A stretch of DNA of 64,000 nucleotides from positions 704,939 through 768,938 of the forward strand of contig CAVZZO010000003.1 in assembly GCA_963779755.1 (NCBI GenBank). Reading direction: 5' to 3'. Source of the DNA: an uncultured Gemmatimonadales bacterium. Lineage in GTDB: Bacteria > Gemmatimonadota > Gemmatimonadetes > Gemmatimonadales > GWC2-71-9. Numbering within the stretch: position 1 is the stretch's first letter; each line of letters begins with the position of its first letter. The translations under genes were made by a program, and so were the position numbers. This document shows positions 16,902 through 23,648 of the stretch, piece by piece. Below the pieces are notes generated by a model, which made no database searches, had not been told where the DNA came from, and was given only the letters and a program-made list of their open reading frames with translations.

Positions 16902-18008
16902 TCAGGTGGTCCGGCTGAGCGAGGCCCGGCGCTCCTGGTAGGTGTCACGCGCGGCCACGATGGCATCTACCAGCGGCTCGTTGCCGAACCGGACCGGGTC
17001 GGTGGCGGGGAGTCCGGTGAGCCGGGTGGCGTCCTCGCAGGCGCGCCGCGCCTGGGCCTCGGAGAGGTCATACGTATTGAGGCTGATGCCCAGCACCCGG
17101 GATGGGTGGACCATGCCGGCCGCCTGCTCGTACCACTCGACGTAACGGTCCAGCGGCGGGATGGCCAGCCAGGCCGCGGCACGGTAGTCGCCGATATGCT
17201 GGCGGCTGGGCTGATGGCAGAGAATCATCCCGTCGGGGCAGCTGCCGTGCAGCAGCCCCAGGGTCACACCCGAGTAGCCGGGGTGGTTGATGCTGCCTTG
17301 CCCCTCGACCAGGACGATGTCGGCGTCGCGGCTGCCTTCCAGGACCAGGCGTTCCGCCGCGCCGGCGATGAAATCGGCCACAACCGCGTCCACCGCGATG
17401 CCCCAGCCTTCGATCATGATGCCGGTCTGCCCGGTGGCCACGAACCGGGTCCTCACCTGCCGCCGGTTGAGCTCGCGGGTCAGTTGGAGCTGGGCCGTCA
17501 TCTTCCCCACGTTGCAGTCGGTTCCGACGGTCAGGATCACGTAGGGGTCCACCGCCTTGGCCTTCCCCGAGGCCACCGCCAGGTCGGCCGGCGGGCGCCG
17601 CAGGTCGTGCAGGGTGACGCTCCGTTCCCTGGCGCGGCGGGCGATCTCCGCATCGTCGGCCAGGAAGGTGTGCAGCCCGCTCCACAGCTCGCAGCCGGCA
17701 TCGACCGCTTCCAGCAGCCAGGCGCGCCACTGTTCCGGCAGCCGCCCGCCCACCGGCGCGATCCCGATGAGCACCGCGGTCGGCCCCAGGGCCAGGGCTT
17801 CCTTCATGGTGGCCACCACCGGGATGGGACCGCCGAAGCCCAGCACGTCCTGCGCCGTGCGGCCCGCCTTGCCGTGATCCACCACGGCCACGACCCGGTC
17901 GGGGAGATAGCGGATGACGGAGTTGGCCGTCTTGGAGAGGAGCGGATCGAAATCGCCGTCGGCGAGGATGACGTAGCGTGGGGGCATGAGGGATGAGGAA
18001 CCAGGCAT
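16902..18008 (-). CDS. DUF1611-family protein (DgcN-like)
   Basis: …ILADGDFDPLLSKTANSVIRY…VGTDCNVGKMT…LVEGQGSINHPGYSGVTLGLLHG. The start could be 18008 or 17987. Confidence 0.75.
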   Translation of the reverse strand: MPGSSSLMPPRYVILADGDFDPLLSKTANSVIRYLPDRVVAVVDHGKAGRTAQDVLGFGGPIPVVATMKEALALGPTAVLIGIAPVGGRLPEQWRAWLLEAVDAGCELWSGLHTFLADDAEIARRARERSVTLHDLRRPPADLAVASGKAKAVDPYVILTVGTDCNVGKMTAQLQLTRELNRRQVRTRFVATGQTGIMIEGWGIAVDAVVADFIAGAAERLVLEGSRDADIVLVEGQGSINHPGYSGVTLGLLHGSCPDGMILCHQPSRQHIGDYRAAAWLAIPPLDRYVEWYEQAAGMVHPSRVLGISLNTYDLSEAQARRACEDATRLTGLPATDPVRFGNEPLVDAIVAARDTYQERRASLSRTT

Positions 18009-18028
18009 CAGGAATCAGGGATTCACTT

Positions 18029-18105
18029 CGAAGCCGCAACGGGCGCAGCGGATACCGCTACCAAGATACCCCTGGCGGCAGTCCCTCGCGTCCTTCGCGG
18101 CTTCG
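18029..18105 (-). terminator. Structured region 3' of pspA (9-bp outer stem)
   Basis: CGAAGCCGC (18029-18037) pairs with GCGGCTTCG (18097-18105), with inner GCGG/CCGC pairing. No U-tract. Confidence 0.3.
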
Positions 18106-18122
18106 TGGTTGGCCGTTACCCA

Positions 18123-18881
18123 CTACTTCTCTTCGTGCTCTTCTTCCACCTCGGCGTCGTGCACGTCCTCCGCGCCCTTGCCGAGCTGCTTGGCTTTCTC
18201 GCCGCTGCTCAGCATGCCCATCTTCTGCTTGAGCTCGAGCAGTTGCTGGTCGGCGCTGCCGTGATATTCCAGCGCCTCGAATTGGCGGCTCAGCGAATCG
18301 CCGGAGAACTCTTCCTGCAGCTCCGCGGCGGCCAGCGCCTTGCGCTCGGTGGCTTCGATCTTCTCCGCCATGCGTTCGAACGATTCGAAGGCGCTCTTGT
18401 CGGAGAGGCCGGACATGGTCTCCTGGATGCGCTGCTGGGCCTCGGCTCGTCGCGCCCGCGCCACCAGGATGTTCTTCTTGCGCTTGGCTTCCTCGATCTT
18501 GTCGTTGAGCTGGCGTAGAGAGCCCTTGAGCGCTTCGGTTTCCGCCTTGTGGCGCATCCAGGTCTCGTGCAGCTGCTGGGCGCCCTGCATGGCTTCGTTG
18601 TAGCGCAGCAGCGCCTGCTTGGCCAGATCGTCGCGGTTTTCCTGCACCGCCAGCATGGCGCGGCGCTCCCAATCGTCCGCCTGTTTCTTCATGGTGGCGG
18701 CGTCGGCCTGAAGTTTCTTTTCATCGGCGATGGCGGAGGCCACCTGTTGCTTGGCCTTGGCCAGCTGGCCCTTCATATCCACGATCAGCTGGTTCAGCAT
18801 CTTCTCGGGGTTCTCGGCCCGGGAGATGAGATCGTTGAGATTCGACCGGACCATTGTCGAGAGACGGTCAAAGATCCCCAT
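18123..18881 (-). CDS. pspA: PspA/IM30 (phage-shock protein A family)
   Basis: MGIFDRLSTMVRSNLNDLISRAENPEKMLNQLIVDMKGQLAKAKQQVASAIADEKKL… The long coiled coil is typical of PspA/Vipp1/LiaH. Confidence 0.92.
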   Translation of the reverse strand: MGIFDRLSTMVRSNLNDLISRAENPEKMLNQLIVDMKGQLAKAKQQVASAIADEKKLQADAATMKKQADDWERRAMLAVQENRDDLAKQALLRYNEAMQGAQQLHETWMRHKAETEALKGSLRQLNDKIEEAKRKKNILVARARRAEAQQRIQETMSGLSDKSAFESFERMAEKIEATERKALAAAELQEEFSGDSLSRQFEALEYHGSADQQLLELKQKMGMLSSGEKAKQLGKGAEDVHDAEVEEEHEEK

Positions 18882-18884
18882 GGC

Positions 18885-19280
18885 TTACTTCTCCCGGTAG
18901 GGCGCCAAGGCGCTCAGGTGCGATCCGAGGGCGAGGGTCATGGAATCGAAGCTCGCCTCGAATTCGTTGAAGTCCAGATTTTCCAGCTCGAGGGTGTCGG
19001 TCAGCACGACCTTGTTTCCCTCCAGGCCGTAACTGCCGTGGACCAGGTCGCGGACGTTGAACTCCAGCAGCTGGCGGTAGAGTTCGCCCCGGCGCGGCTC
19101 GCCGGCGGGGAGCTCCATGACCTGTACCCGCAGGAGCACTACCGGCGGGGCATAGTTCACTACCACCTCGGCACCGCTCTGGGTCTTCAGCAGCCAGAGG
19201 TTGGGCTCCAGCTCCTGCACCTCCACGGTTCCGCTGTCCAGGCGGCCGAGGTAGGACTCGAGATCATCTTTGGTGATCAT
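18885..19280 (-). CDS. YbjN-like (type III secretion chaperone-like fold) protein
   Basis: MITKDDLESYLGRLDSGTVEVQELEPNLWLLKT…LNFNEFEASFDSM… Only 3 nt separate it from the pspA start. Confidence 0.6.
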   Translation of the reverse strand: MITKDDLESYLGRLDSGTVEVQELEPNLWLLKTQSGAEVVVNYAPPVVLLRVQVMELPAGEPRRGELYRQLLEFNVRDLVHGSYGLEGNKVVLTDTLELENLDFNEFEASFDSMTLALGSHLSALAPYREK

Positions 19281-19380
19281 CGTTCGCGCTCCTCTACAGG
19301 ATGCTGCGTATGGGCTCCGTCGGTCAGGAGAATCTAATAGGAGCCATCGGCTCCCAGCTATCAGCATCGAACGGGCGGCC

Positions 19381-19650
19381 TCAGTCCTCGGGCCTCTTCC
19401 CCGTGGTTAGCATTCGCTCGGCGAAATCCACCCGCTCCTCCAGCTCCAGCAGCCGGGCGCGCTCCGCCTCCAGCTCGGCCACCTGGCCTTCCAGGGCTGC
19501 GAGCCGCTGCTGCACCTCCGGCCCGATCTTGCCCGGCTCCCCCTTGATCCAGATGGCCCGGGTAGCGGCGATCGCCGCGTACGCGCCCACGGGAATGAAC
19601 ACGACCGCGACGGCGATGATCAGCAGCTTGACCAGGGTCTCGAACTCCAT
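19381..19650 (-). CDS. Array member 7: small single-pass membrane coiled-coil protein, LxFAERLL family
   Basis: 89 aa. TM helix LVKLLIIAVAVVFIPVGAYAAIAA and C-terminal LLELEERVDFAERMLTTGKRPED. GAAGGA RBS. Confidence 0.8.
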   Translation of the reverse strand: MEFETLVKLLIIAVAVVFIPVGAYAAIAATRAIWIKGEPGKIGPEVQQRLAALEGQVAELEAERARLLELEERVDFAERMLTTGKRPED

Positions 19651-19654
19651 GCGT

Positions 19655-19738
19655 TCAGTCCTTCTTGCCGGCGGCGAGCAGTCGTTCGGCGAAATCGATC
19701 AGCGTGGTGGTAGCCACATCGGCCATGATGGGATCCAT
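19655..19738 (-). pseudogene. Decayed eighth array member (27-codon remnant retaining the motif)
   Basis: MDPIMADVATTTLIDFAERLLAAGKKD. It has no TM segment or coiled coil and is wedged between members 6 and 7. Confidence 0.55.
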
Positions 19739-19741
19739 GGC

Positions 19742-20095
19742 TCACCCCTCTCCCCGGGGGACGGCGGCGCTGTCCCGACCCCGCGCCAACAACCGCTCCG
19801 CGAAATCCACCCGCTCCTCCAGCTCGACCAGCCGGGCCCGCATGTCCTCGATTTCCGCCGCGTTCTCTTCCGGAAGCTGGCCGGCGCCTCCCCGCGCCGA
19901 GCCGTCGATCCACCGCGCCAGCGCCTTGCCTACCGGGCCGCGCAGCGTGATGGTGGCGGCAATGGCGGCGGCGATCATGGCCGGGACCGCAAAGTCCTCG
20001 CCGATCACCACTGAAAGGGCGATGAAGGCGCCGATCAGCCCCAGCCCGATGGCACCGACGGCGAAGCCGAGTCCCGAGGGCAGTTGGCGGTCCAT
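19742..20095 (-). CDS. Array member 6: two hydrophobic segments plus coiled coil, LxFAERLL family
   Basis: 117 aa. …LRGPVGKALARWIDG…IEDMRARLVELEERVDFAERLLARG. Confidence 0.8.
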   Translation of the reverse strand: MDRQLPSGLGFAVGAIGLGLIGAFIALSVVIGEDFAVPAMIAAAIAATITLRGPVGKALARWIDGSARGGAGQLPEENAAEIEDMRARLVELEERVDFAERLLARGRDSAAVPRGEG

Positions 20096-20111
20096 ATGCA
20101 GTCTCCGGTCC

Positions 20112-20396
20112 TCAGTCCCCGGCCTTCACGGCATTACGCGGCTGCGCCAGAAGGCGCTCGGCGAACTCCAGCCGCTCTTCCAGCTCGTAGACCCGCTGCT
20201 CCAGCCCCTGCATCGCCTCCACCCGGCCGTGCAGTTCCTCCAGCTCGGTGCTGACGGCCGGATCGCCTCCGCCCCGCTTACCCCGCACCCAGGCCTCGAC
20301 CGCCCGCCCCAGGGGGCCGCGGAGGATCAGCACCGCGGAGGCGCACACCGCAAGCATGGTGGTGACGAAGACAGGCGCGATATCTCCAGGCGGCAT
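20112..20396 (-). CDS. Array member 5, LxFAERLL family
   Basis: 94 aa. TM, LRGPLGRAVEAWVRGKRGG, LEQRVYELEERLEFAERLLAQP. Confidence 0.82.
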   Translation of the reverse strand: MPPGDIAPVFVTTMLAVCASAVLILRGPLGRAVEAWVRGKRGGGDPAVSTELEELHGRVEAMQGLEQRVYELEERLEFAERLLAQPRNAVKAGD

Positions 20397-20407
20397 GGGG
20401 GTTCTTC

Positions 20408-20674
20408 TCAGTCTTCGGGTTTCGTGGCCTTCGGCGGCTGTGCCAGCAGACGTTCGGCAAATTCCAGCCGCTCTTCCAGTTCATAGACCCGCTGTTCCAG
20501 CTCCTGCACCGATTCCAGCCGGGCCCGCATGTCCTCCAGCTCCGGTTCGCTCAGGCCGGCGCCACGCTTCCGCCCGCCCAGGAGGTTCTCCAGCGCTCGG
20601 CCCAGCGGGCCCCGCAGGACCAGCACCCCCGCGGTGCACACCGCGATCAGGGCGATCACATCTCCCGGTTGCAT
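20408..20674 (-). CDS. Array member 4, LxFAERLL family
   Basis: 88 aa from the ATG at 20674, with an AGGAGGGGG RBS. LRGPLGRALENLLGGRKRG…LEQRVYELEERLEFAERLLAQP. The track shows it inside a longer ORF, 20408-20917. Confidence 0.82.
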   Translation of the reverse strand: MQPGDVIALIAVCTAGVLVLRGPLGRALENLLGGRKRGAGLSEPELEDMRARLESVQELEQRVYELEERLEFAERLLAQPPKATKPED

Positions 20675-20690
20675 CGTTGCCCCCTCCTGA

Positions 20691-21005
20691 TCAGGGCTCG
20701 AGCTGCCTGGGCCGCGGCTCCCGGGCGAGTATCCGTTCGGCGAACTCCAGCCGCTCCTCCAGCTCGGCCACCCGCGTCTGCCCTGCTTCCAGCTGCGCCA
20801 GACGGGCCCGGAGATCTTCCAGCTCTTCCCGCACATCCTGATCGCCGGGATGCCGGCCTTCCAGCCGGCGGCCGATGGCCCGGGCGATGGGCCAGAGGAT
20901 GAGCAGCCCGGCCACAATGGCCACCACGATGAGCAGGGCCGTGGTTCGCGGATCCATGGGCAGGGAGGGGACCGGCGGCACCTGAACCGTTTGCAGCGTC
21001 AGCAT
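20691..21005 (-). CDS. Array member 3, LxFAERLL family
   Basis: 104 aa (or 88 aa from the ATG at 20957). TM ALLIVVAIVAGLLILWPIA, LEDLRARLAQLE…VAELEERLEFAERILA. Confidence 0.8.
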   Translation of the reverse strand: MLTLQTVQVPPVPSLPMDPRTTALLIVVAIVAGLLILWPIARAIGRRLEGRHPGDQDVREELEDLRARLAQLEAGQTRVAELEERLEFAERILAREPRPRQLEP

Positions 21006-21020
21006 GTGAATCCCCCGGCC

Positions 21021-21272
21021 TCAGTCCTGCACCCCGGGGAGCTGTTCCGGCTCCCGGCGCTGGGTCAGCAGCCGCTCGGCGAAATCCATTCGTTCATGCA
21101 GTTCGTTCATCTCGCCACGCAACCGGTCCAGCTCTTCAATCACGGCGGGATCCTCCGCCGGGGTTGTCCCATGGCGAAGCCGCTCCGCCAGGGCCTTGCC
21201 CACGGGGCTGTACGCCAGAAGCAACGTGGTCCCCCCGCCGAAGATGAAGATGATCGCGAGTATTCCTTCCAT
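21021..21272 (-). CDS. Array member 2, LxFAERLL family
   Basis: 83 aa. TM ILAIIFIFGGGTTLLLAY, SPVGKALAERL, LHERMDFAERLLTQ. Its start shares one nucleotide with the member 1 stop. Confidence 0.8.
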   Translation of the reverse strand: MEGILAIIFIFGGGTTLLLAYSPVGKALAERLRHGTTPAEDPAVIEELDRLRGEMNELHERMDFAERLLTQRREPEQLPGVQD

Positions 21273-21562
21273 CAGTGCGGTCCCGGAAGGCGCTCGGGCT
21301 GGGCGCGCTGCGCCAGCATCCGCTCGGTGAAATCCAGCCGTTCCTGCGTGTCGGCCAACTGTCCCTGCACGTCCTCCAGCTGTTCCCGCATCCAGGCCAT
21401 TTCCTGCCGCAGCTCGTCGTCGTCCGCCGTCTTGCCCTGAAGCCTGCGGGCCAGCGCCTGACCCACCGGGCCGGTGGCGATCTTCACCACGCCAAAGGTC
21501 AGACCGGCCATCATGAGGAGCCCGGTGATCATGCCAAAAATGGGGACCATCGCATCAGGCAT
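21272..21562 (-). CDS. Array member 1, LxFAERLL family (motif variant LDFTERML)
   Basis: 96 aa. Strong GGAGGAG RBS. TM VPIFGMITGLLMMAGLTFGVV, TGPVGQALARRL, TQERLDFTERMLAQ. Confidence 0.8.
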   Translation of the reverse strand: MPDAMVPIFGMITGLLMMAGLTFGVVKIATGPVGQALARRLQGKTADDDELRQEMAWMREQLEDVQGQLADTQERLDFTERMLAQRAQPERLPGPH

Positions 21563-21687
21563 CGCTCTCCTCCAGTTCCAGGACCCGCAGGAGCCCTCGG
21601 GAGGGCGGCACTCCTCCTCCCAGGGACCCCGGAACGAGGGACCATACGGAAGGGTTGGTATAATGTTTCATGGAGAAACGGCCGGCG

Positions 21688-22572
21688 CTATTTCTGCCTG
21701 GAGCCCTTGAGCTGGATCAGCCGGTCTCTGGCCAGTTTCCGGCCGGTTGGGGTGGCAGCGAGCCCCCCTCCGGCCGTTTCCCGGTAGCGGACATCCATGT
21801 TCCGGCCGATTTCGCCCATGGTGTCGATCACCTCGTCCACCGGAATGGGAAATCCGATGCCCGCGAGCGCCATCTCTATGCCAGCCATGGCGATGGCTGA
21901 TCCGGTCGCGTTCCGGTAGACGCAGGGGACCTCGACCAGACCACCCAGCGGATCGCAGATCAGGCCCAGGGTGCCCTGCATGGTGAGCGCGACGGCGTGG
22001 CCCGCCTGCTCCGCACTGCCGCCCAGCAGTTCGACACCGGCGGCGGCGGCCATGGCCGCCGCCGCACCCGTCTCCGCCTGGCAGCCGCCCTCGGCGCCCG
22101 AGAGGGAGGCCCGCACGGCCACCACCGCGCCCACCAGTCCGGCCGCCGCCAGGGCGAGCACCAGAGCCGTGTCGTCTGACTTCCGCTCATCCCCCAGGGC
22201 AATCAGGACCCCCGGCAGGACCCCGGCCCCGCCGGCGGTCGGGGCGGCGACGATCACCCCCATGGCGGCATTCACCTCCTGCACCGCGAGCGCATTGGCA
22301 ATCGCCCGGGTGAAGACCGTCCCGGCAAGCGGGCCACCAGGACCGCTCATCCGGGCGGCGTCGCCCCCCACCAGCCCGCTCACGCTGTAGAGATCGCCGG
22401 CCAGCCCCCGGCGAATCGCACCACGCATAACGTCCAGCGCGCGCGCCAGCCCCGCTTCCACCTCCTGGCGGGTGCGGAGGCCTTCGGCCGCCTCGGTCCG
22501 GAGGGCCAGTTCCCCGAGCGAGATCGCCTGAGCCGAGGCCTGCCCGATGGCTTCGCCCAGAGAGTCGAACAT
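21688..22572 (-). CDS. sdaAA: L-serine dehydratase (iron-sulfur dependent), alpha subunit
   Basis: 294 aa. …SGAEGGCQAETGAAAAMAAAAG…GTLGLICDPLGGLVEVPCVYRNA. Confidence 0.9.
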   Translation of the reverse strand: MFDSLGEAIGQASAQAISLGELALRTEAAEGLRTRQEVEAGLARALDVMRGAIRRGLAGDLYSVSGLVGGDAARMSGPGGPLAGTVFTRAIANALAVQEVNAAMGVIVAAPTAGGAGVLPGVLIALGDERKSDDTALVLALAAAGLVGAVVAVRASLSGAEGGCQAETGAAAAMAAAAGVELLGGSAEQAGHAVALTMQGTLGLICDPLGGLVEVPCVYRNATGSAIAMAGIEMALAGIGFPIPVDEVIDTMGEIGRNMDVRYRETAGGGLAATPTGRKLARDRLIQLKGSRQK

Positions 22573-23237
22573 CAGGCCACCCGGTCGATGGCGCGGACCA
22601 CCCGGACGGCGGGAAGGTCGGCGATCGACTGCAGGGCCGCGGGAGTAAGGGGCGTGTCCATTTCGTATACGTGGATGGCTTCGCCGCCCTTCTGGCGGCG
22701 GGAAACCCGCATGGTGGCAATGTTCTCCCGTTCGCGGGACATGATCCCGCTGACGGCCGCGACGATTCCCGGCTCGTCTTTGGCGACAAAGACCACGGTG
22801 GGAAGGGCGCCGGTGACCTCGACCGGGTAGCCATCGATACCGGTGATGACGATGCGGCCCGCCCCCACCGAGGAGCCCACCAGGGTCGAGTGGCGGCCCT
22901 CGCGGCTCACGGTCAGCCGGGCGGTGTTGGGATGATGGCTGCCCCGCAGCTTGGTGTTCGAAAAGGCCAGGTCCATCCCCGCCTCTTCCGCCAGCCGGAT
23001 GCTCTCGCGCAGCCGTTCATCGTCCGGAGGGAAGCCCAGCAGGCCGCCGGCGATGGCCCGGTCGGTGCCGTGCCCCTGGCCGGTGCGGGCAAAGGAGCCG
23101 TGCAGCTCTACCCGGGCCTTCTCCGGCTGGCCGCCGGCCAGCCCCCGGGCAAAGAGGCCGATCCGGCAGGCTCCCGCCGTATGGGACGAGGAGGGGCCGA
23201 CCATGACCGGGCCAATGATGTCGAGGAGTGAGACCAT
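22572..23237 (-). CDS. sdaAB: L-serine dehydratase, beta subunit (with ACT-like C-terminal domain)
   Basis: MVSLLDIIGPVMVGPSSSHTAGACRIG… One-nucleotide overlap with sdaAA. Confidence 0.9.
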   Translation of the reverse strand: MVSLLDIIGPVMVGPSSSHTAGACRIGLFARGLAGGQPEKARVELHGSFARTGQGHGTDRAIAGGLLGFPPDDERLRESIRLAEEAGMDLAFSNTKLRGSHHPNTARLTVSREGRHSTLVGSSVGAGRIVITGIDGYPVEVTGALPTVVFVAKDEPGIVAAVSGIMSRERENIATMRVSRRQKGGEAIHVYEMDTPLTPAALQSIADLPAVRVVRAIDRVA

Positions 23238-23258
23238 GCCCGGAATCTAGTGCTGAAC

Positions 23259-23335
23259 GGGGAGCGGTCGAGAGTCTCGAGAGGGTCGAGTAGATCGGAC
23301 CTCGACCCTCTCGACCCCTTCGACCCCCTCGACCC
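23259..23335. repeat. Oligomer-built hairpin (GGTCGAG-type arms)
   Basis: Perfect 14-bp core: TCGAGAGGGTCGAG (23277-23290) with CTCGACCCTCTCGA (23301-23314). It is flanked by further CTCGACCC-like units. Confidence 0.7.
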
Positions 23336-23338
23336 AGA

Positions 23339-23554
23339 CTAGATCACCTCGACCGCCCGGACCGCGGCCAGCGACACCACGATCTCGGTCTCCTCGTCGC
23401 CCGCCGGCTTGAGATAGACCTCATGGGCGGCGACCTCAGGATCGACATTGGTGGGAACGCCGCTCACCGACTGACCGTCGGCGGTCTCAATGCGGACGGG
23501 CTGATCATTGTCACAGGCGTAGGTAAGGACGCGGATGATGTCGTCGTAGGTCAT
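23339..23554 (-). CDS. Small hypothetical protein (71 aa)
   Basis: GGGAGG RBS and clean composition (MTYDDIIRVLTYACDNDQPVRIETADGQSV…). No motif recognised. Confidence 0.6.
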   Translation of the reverse strand: MTYDDIIRVLTYACDNDQPVRIETADGQSVSGVPTNVDPEVAAHEVYLKPAGDEETEIVVSLAAVRAVEVI

Positions 23555-23575
23555 GGCGTCAAACCTCCCGGGTTA

Positions 23576-23645
23576 GCGGGAACGGGGAAAGGGGAAAGGG
23601 GAAAGGGGAAAGGACGCTTCCCGCTTCCCCATTCCCTTTTCCCGC
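23576..23645. repeat. Oligomer-built hairpin, (GGGGAAA)x4 arm against a TTCCC-rich arm
   Basis: GCGGGAACGGGGAAAGGGGAAAGGGGAAAGGGGAAAGG acgc TTCCCGCTTCCCCATTCCCTTTTCCCGC, directly 3' of the DPP-IV stop. Confidence 0.7.
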
Positions 23646-23648
23646 CGT

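Noticed and set aside
19281-19380. An intrinsic terminator or promoter separating the small-protein array from ybjN-like/pspA.
   Set aside because: Only a 6-7-bp stem (GGGAGCC/GGCTCC) followed by a moderately AT-rich stretch is present. No convincing -35/-10 pair was found, so the operon structure is left open.
21602-21623. A sigma-54-like element upstream of array member 1 (minus strand TGGGAG-N5-GTGCC, with GG and GC at the correct spacing). This is attractive because E. coli pspA is sigma-54 dependent.
   Set aside because: Only the minimal GG/GC dinucleotides and their spacing match. Such matches are expected by chance in GC-rich sequence, and no PspF-type enhancer-binding protein is present in the window.
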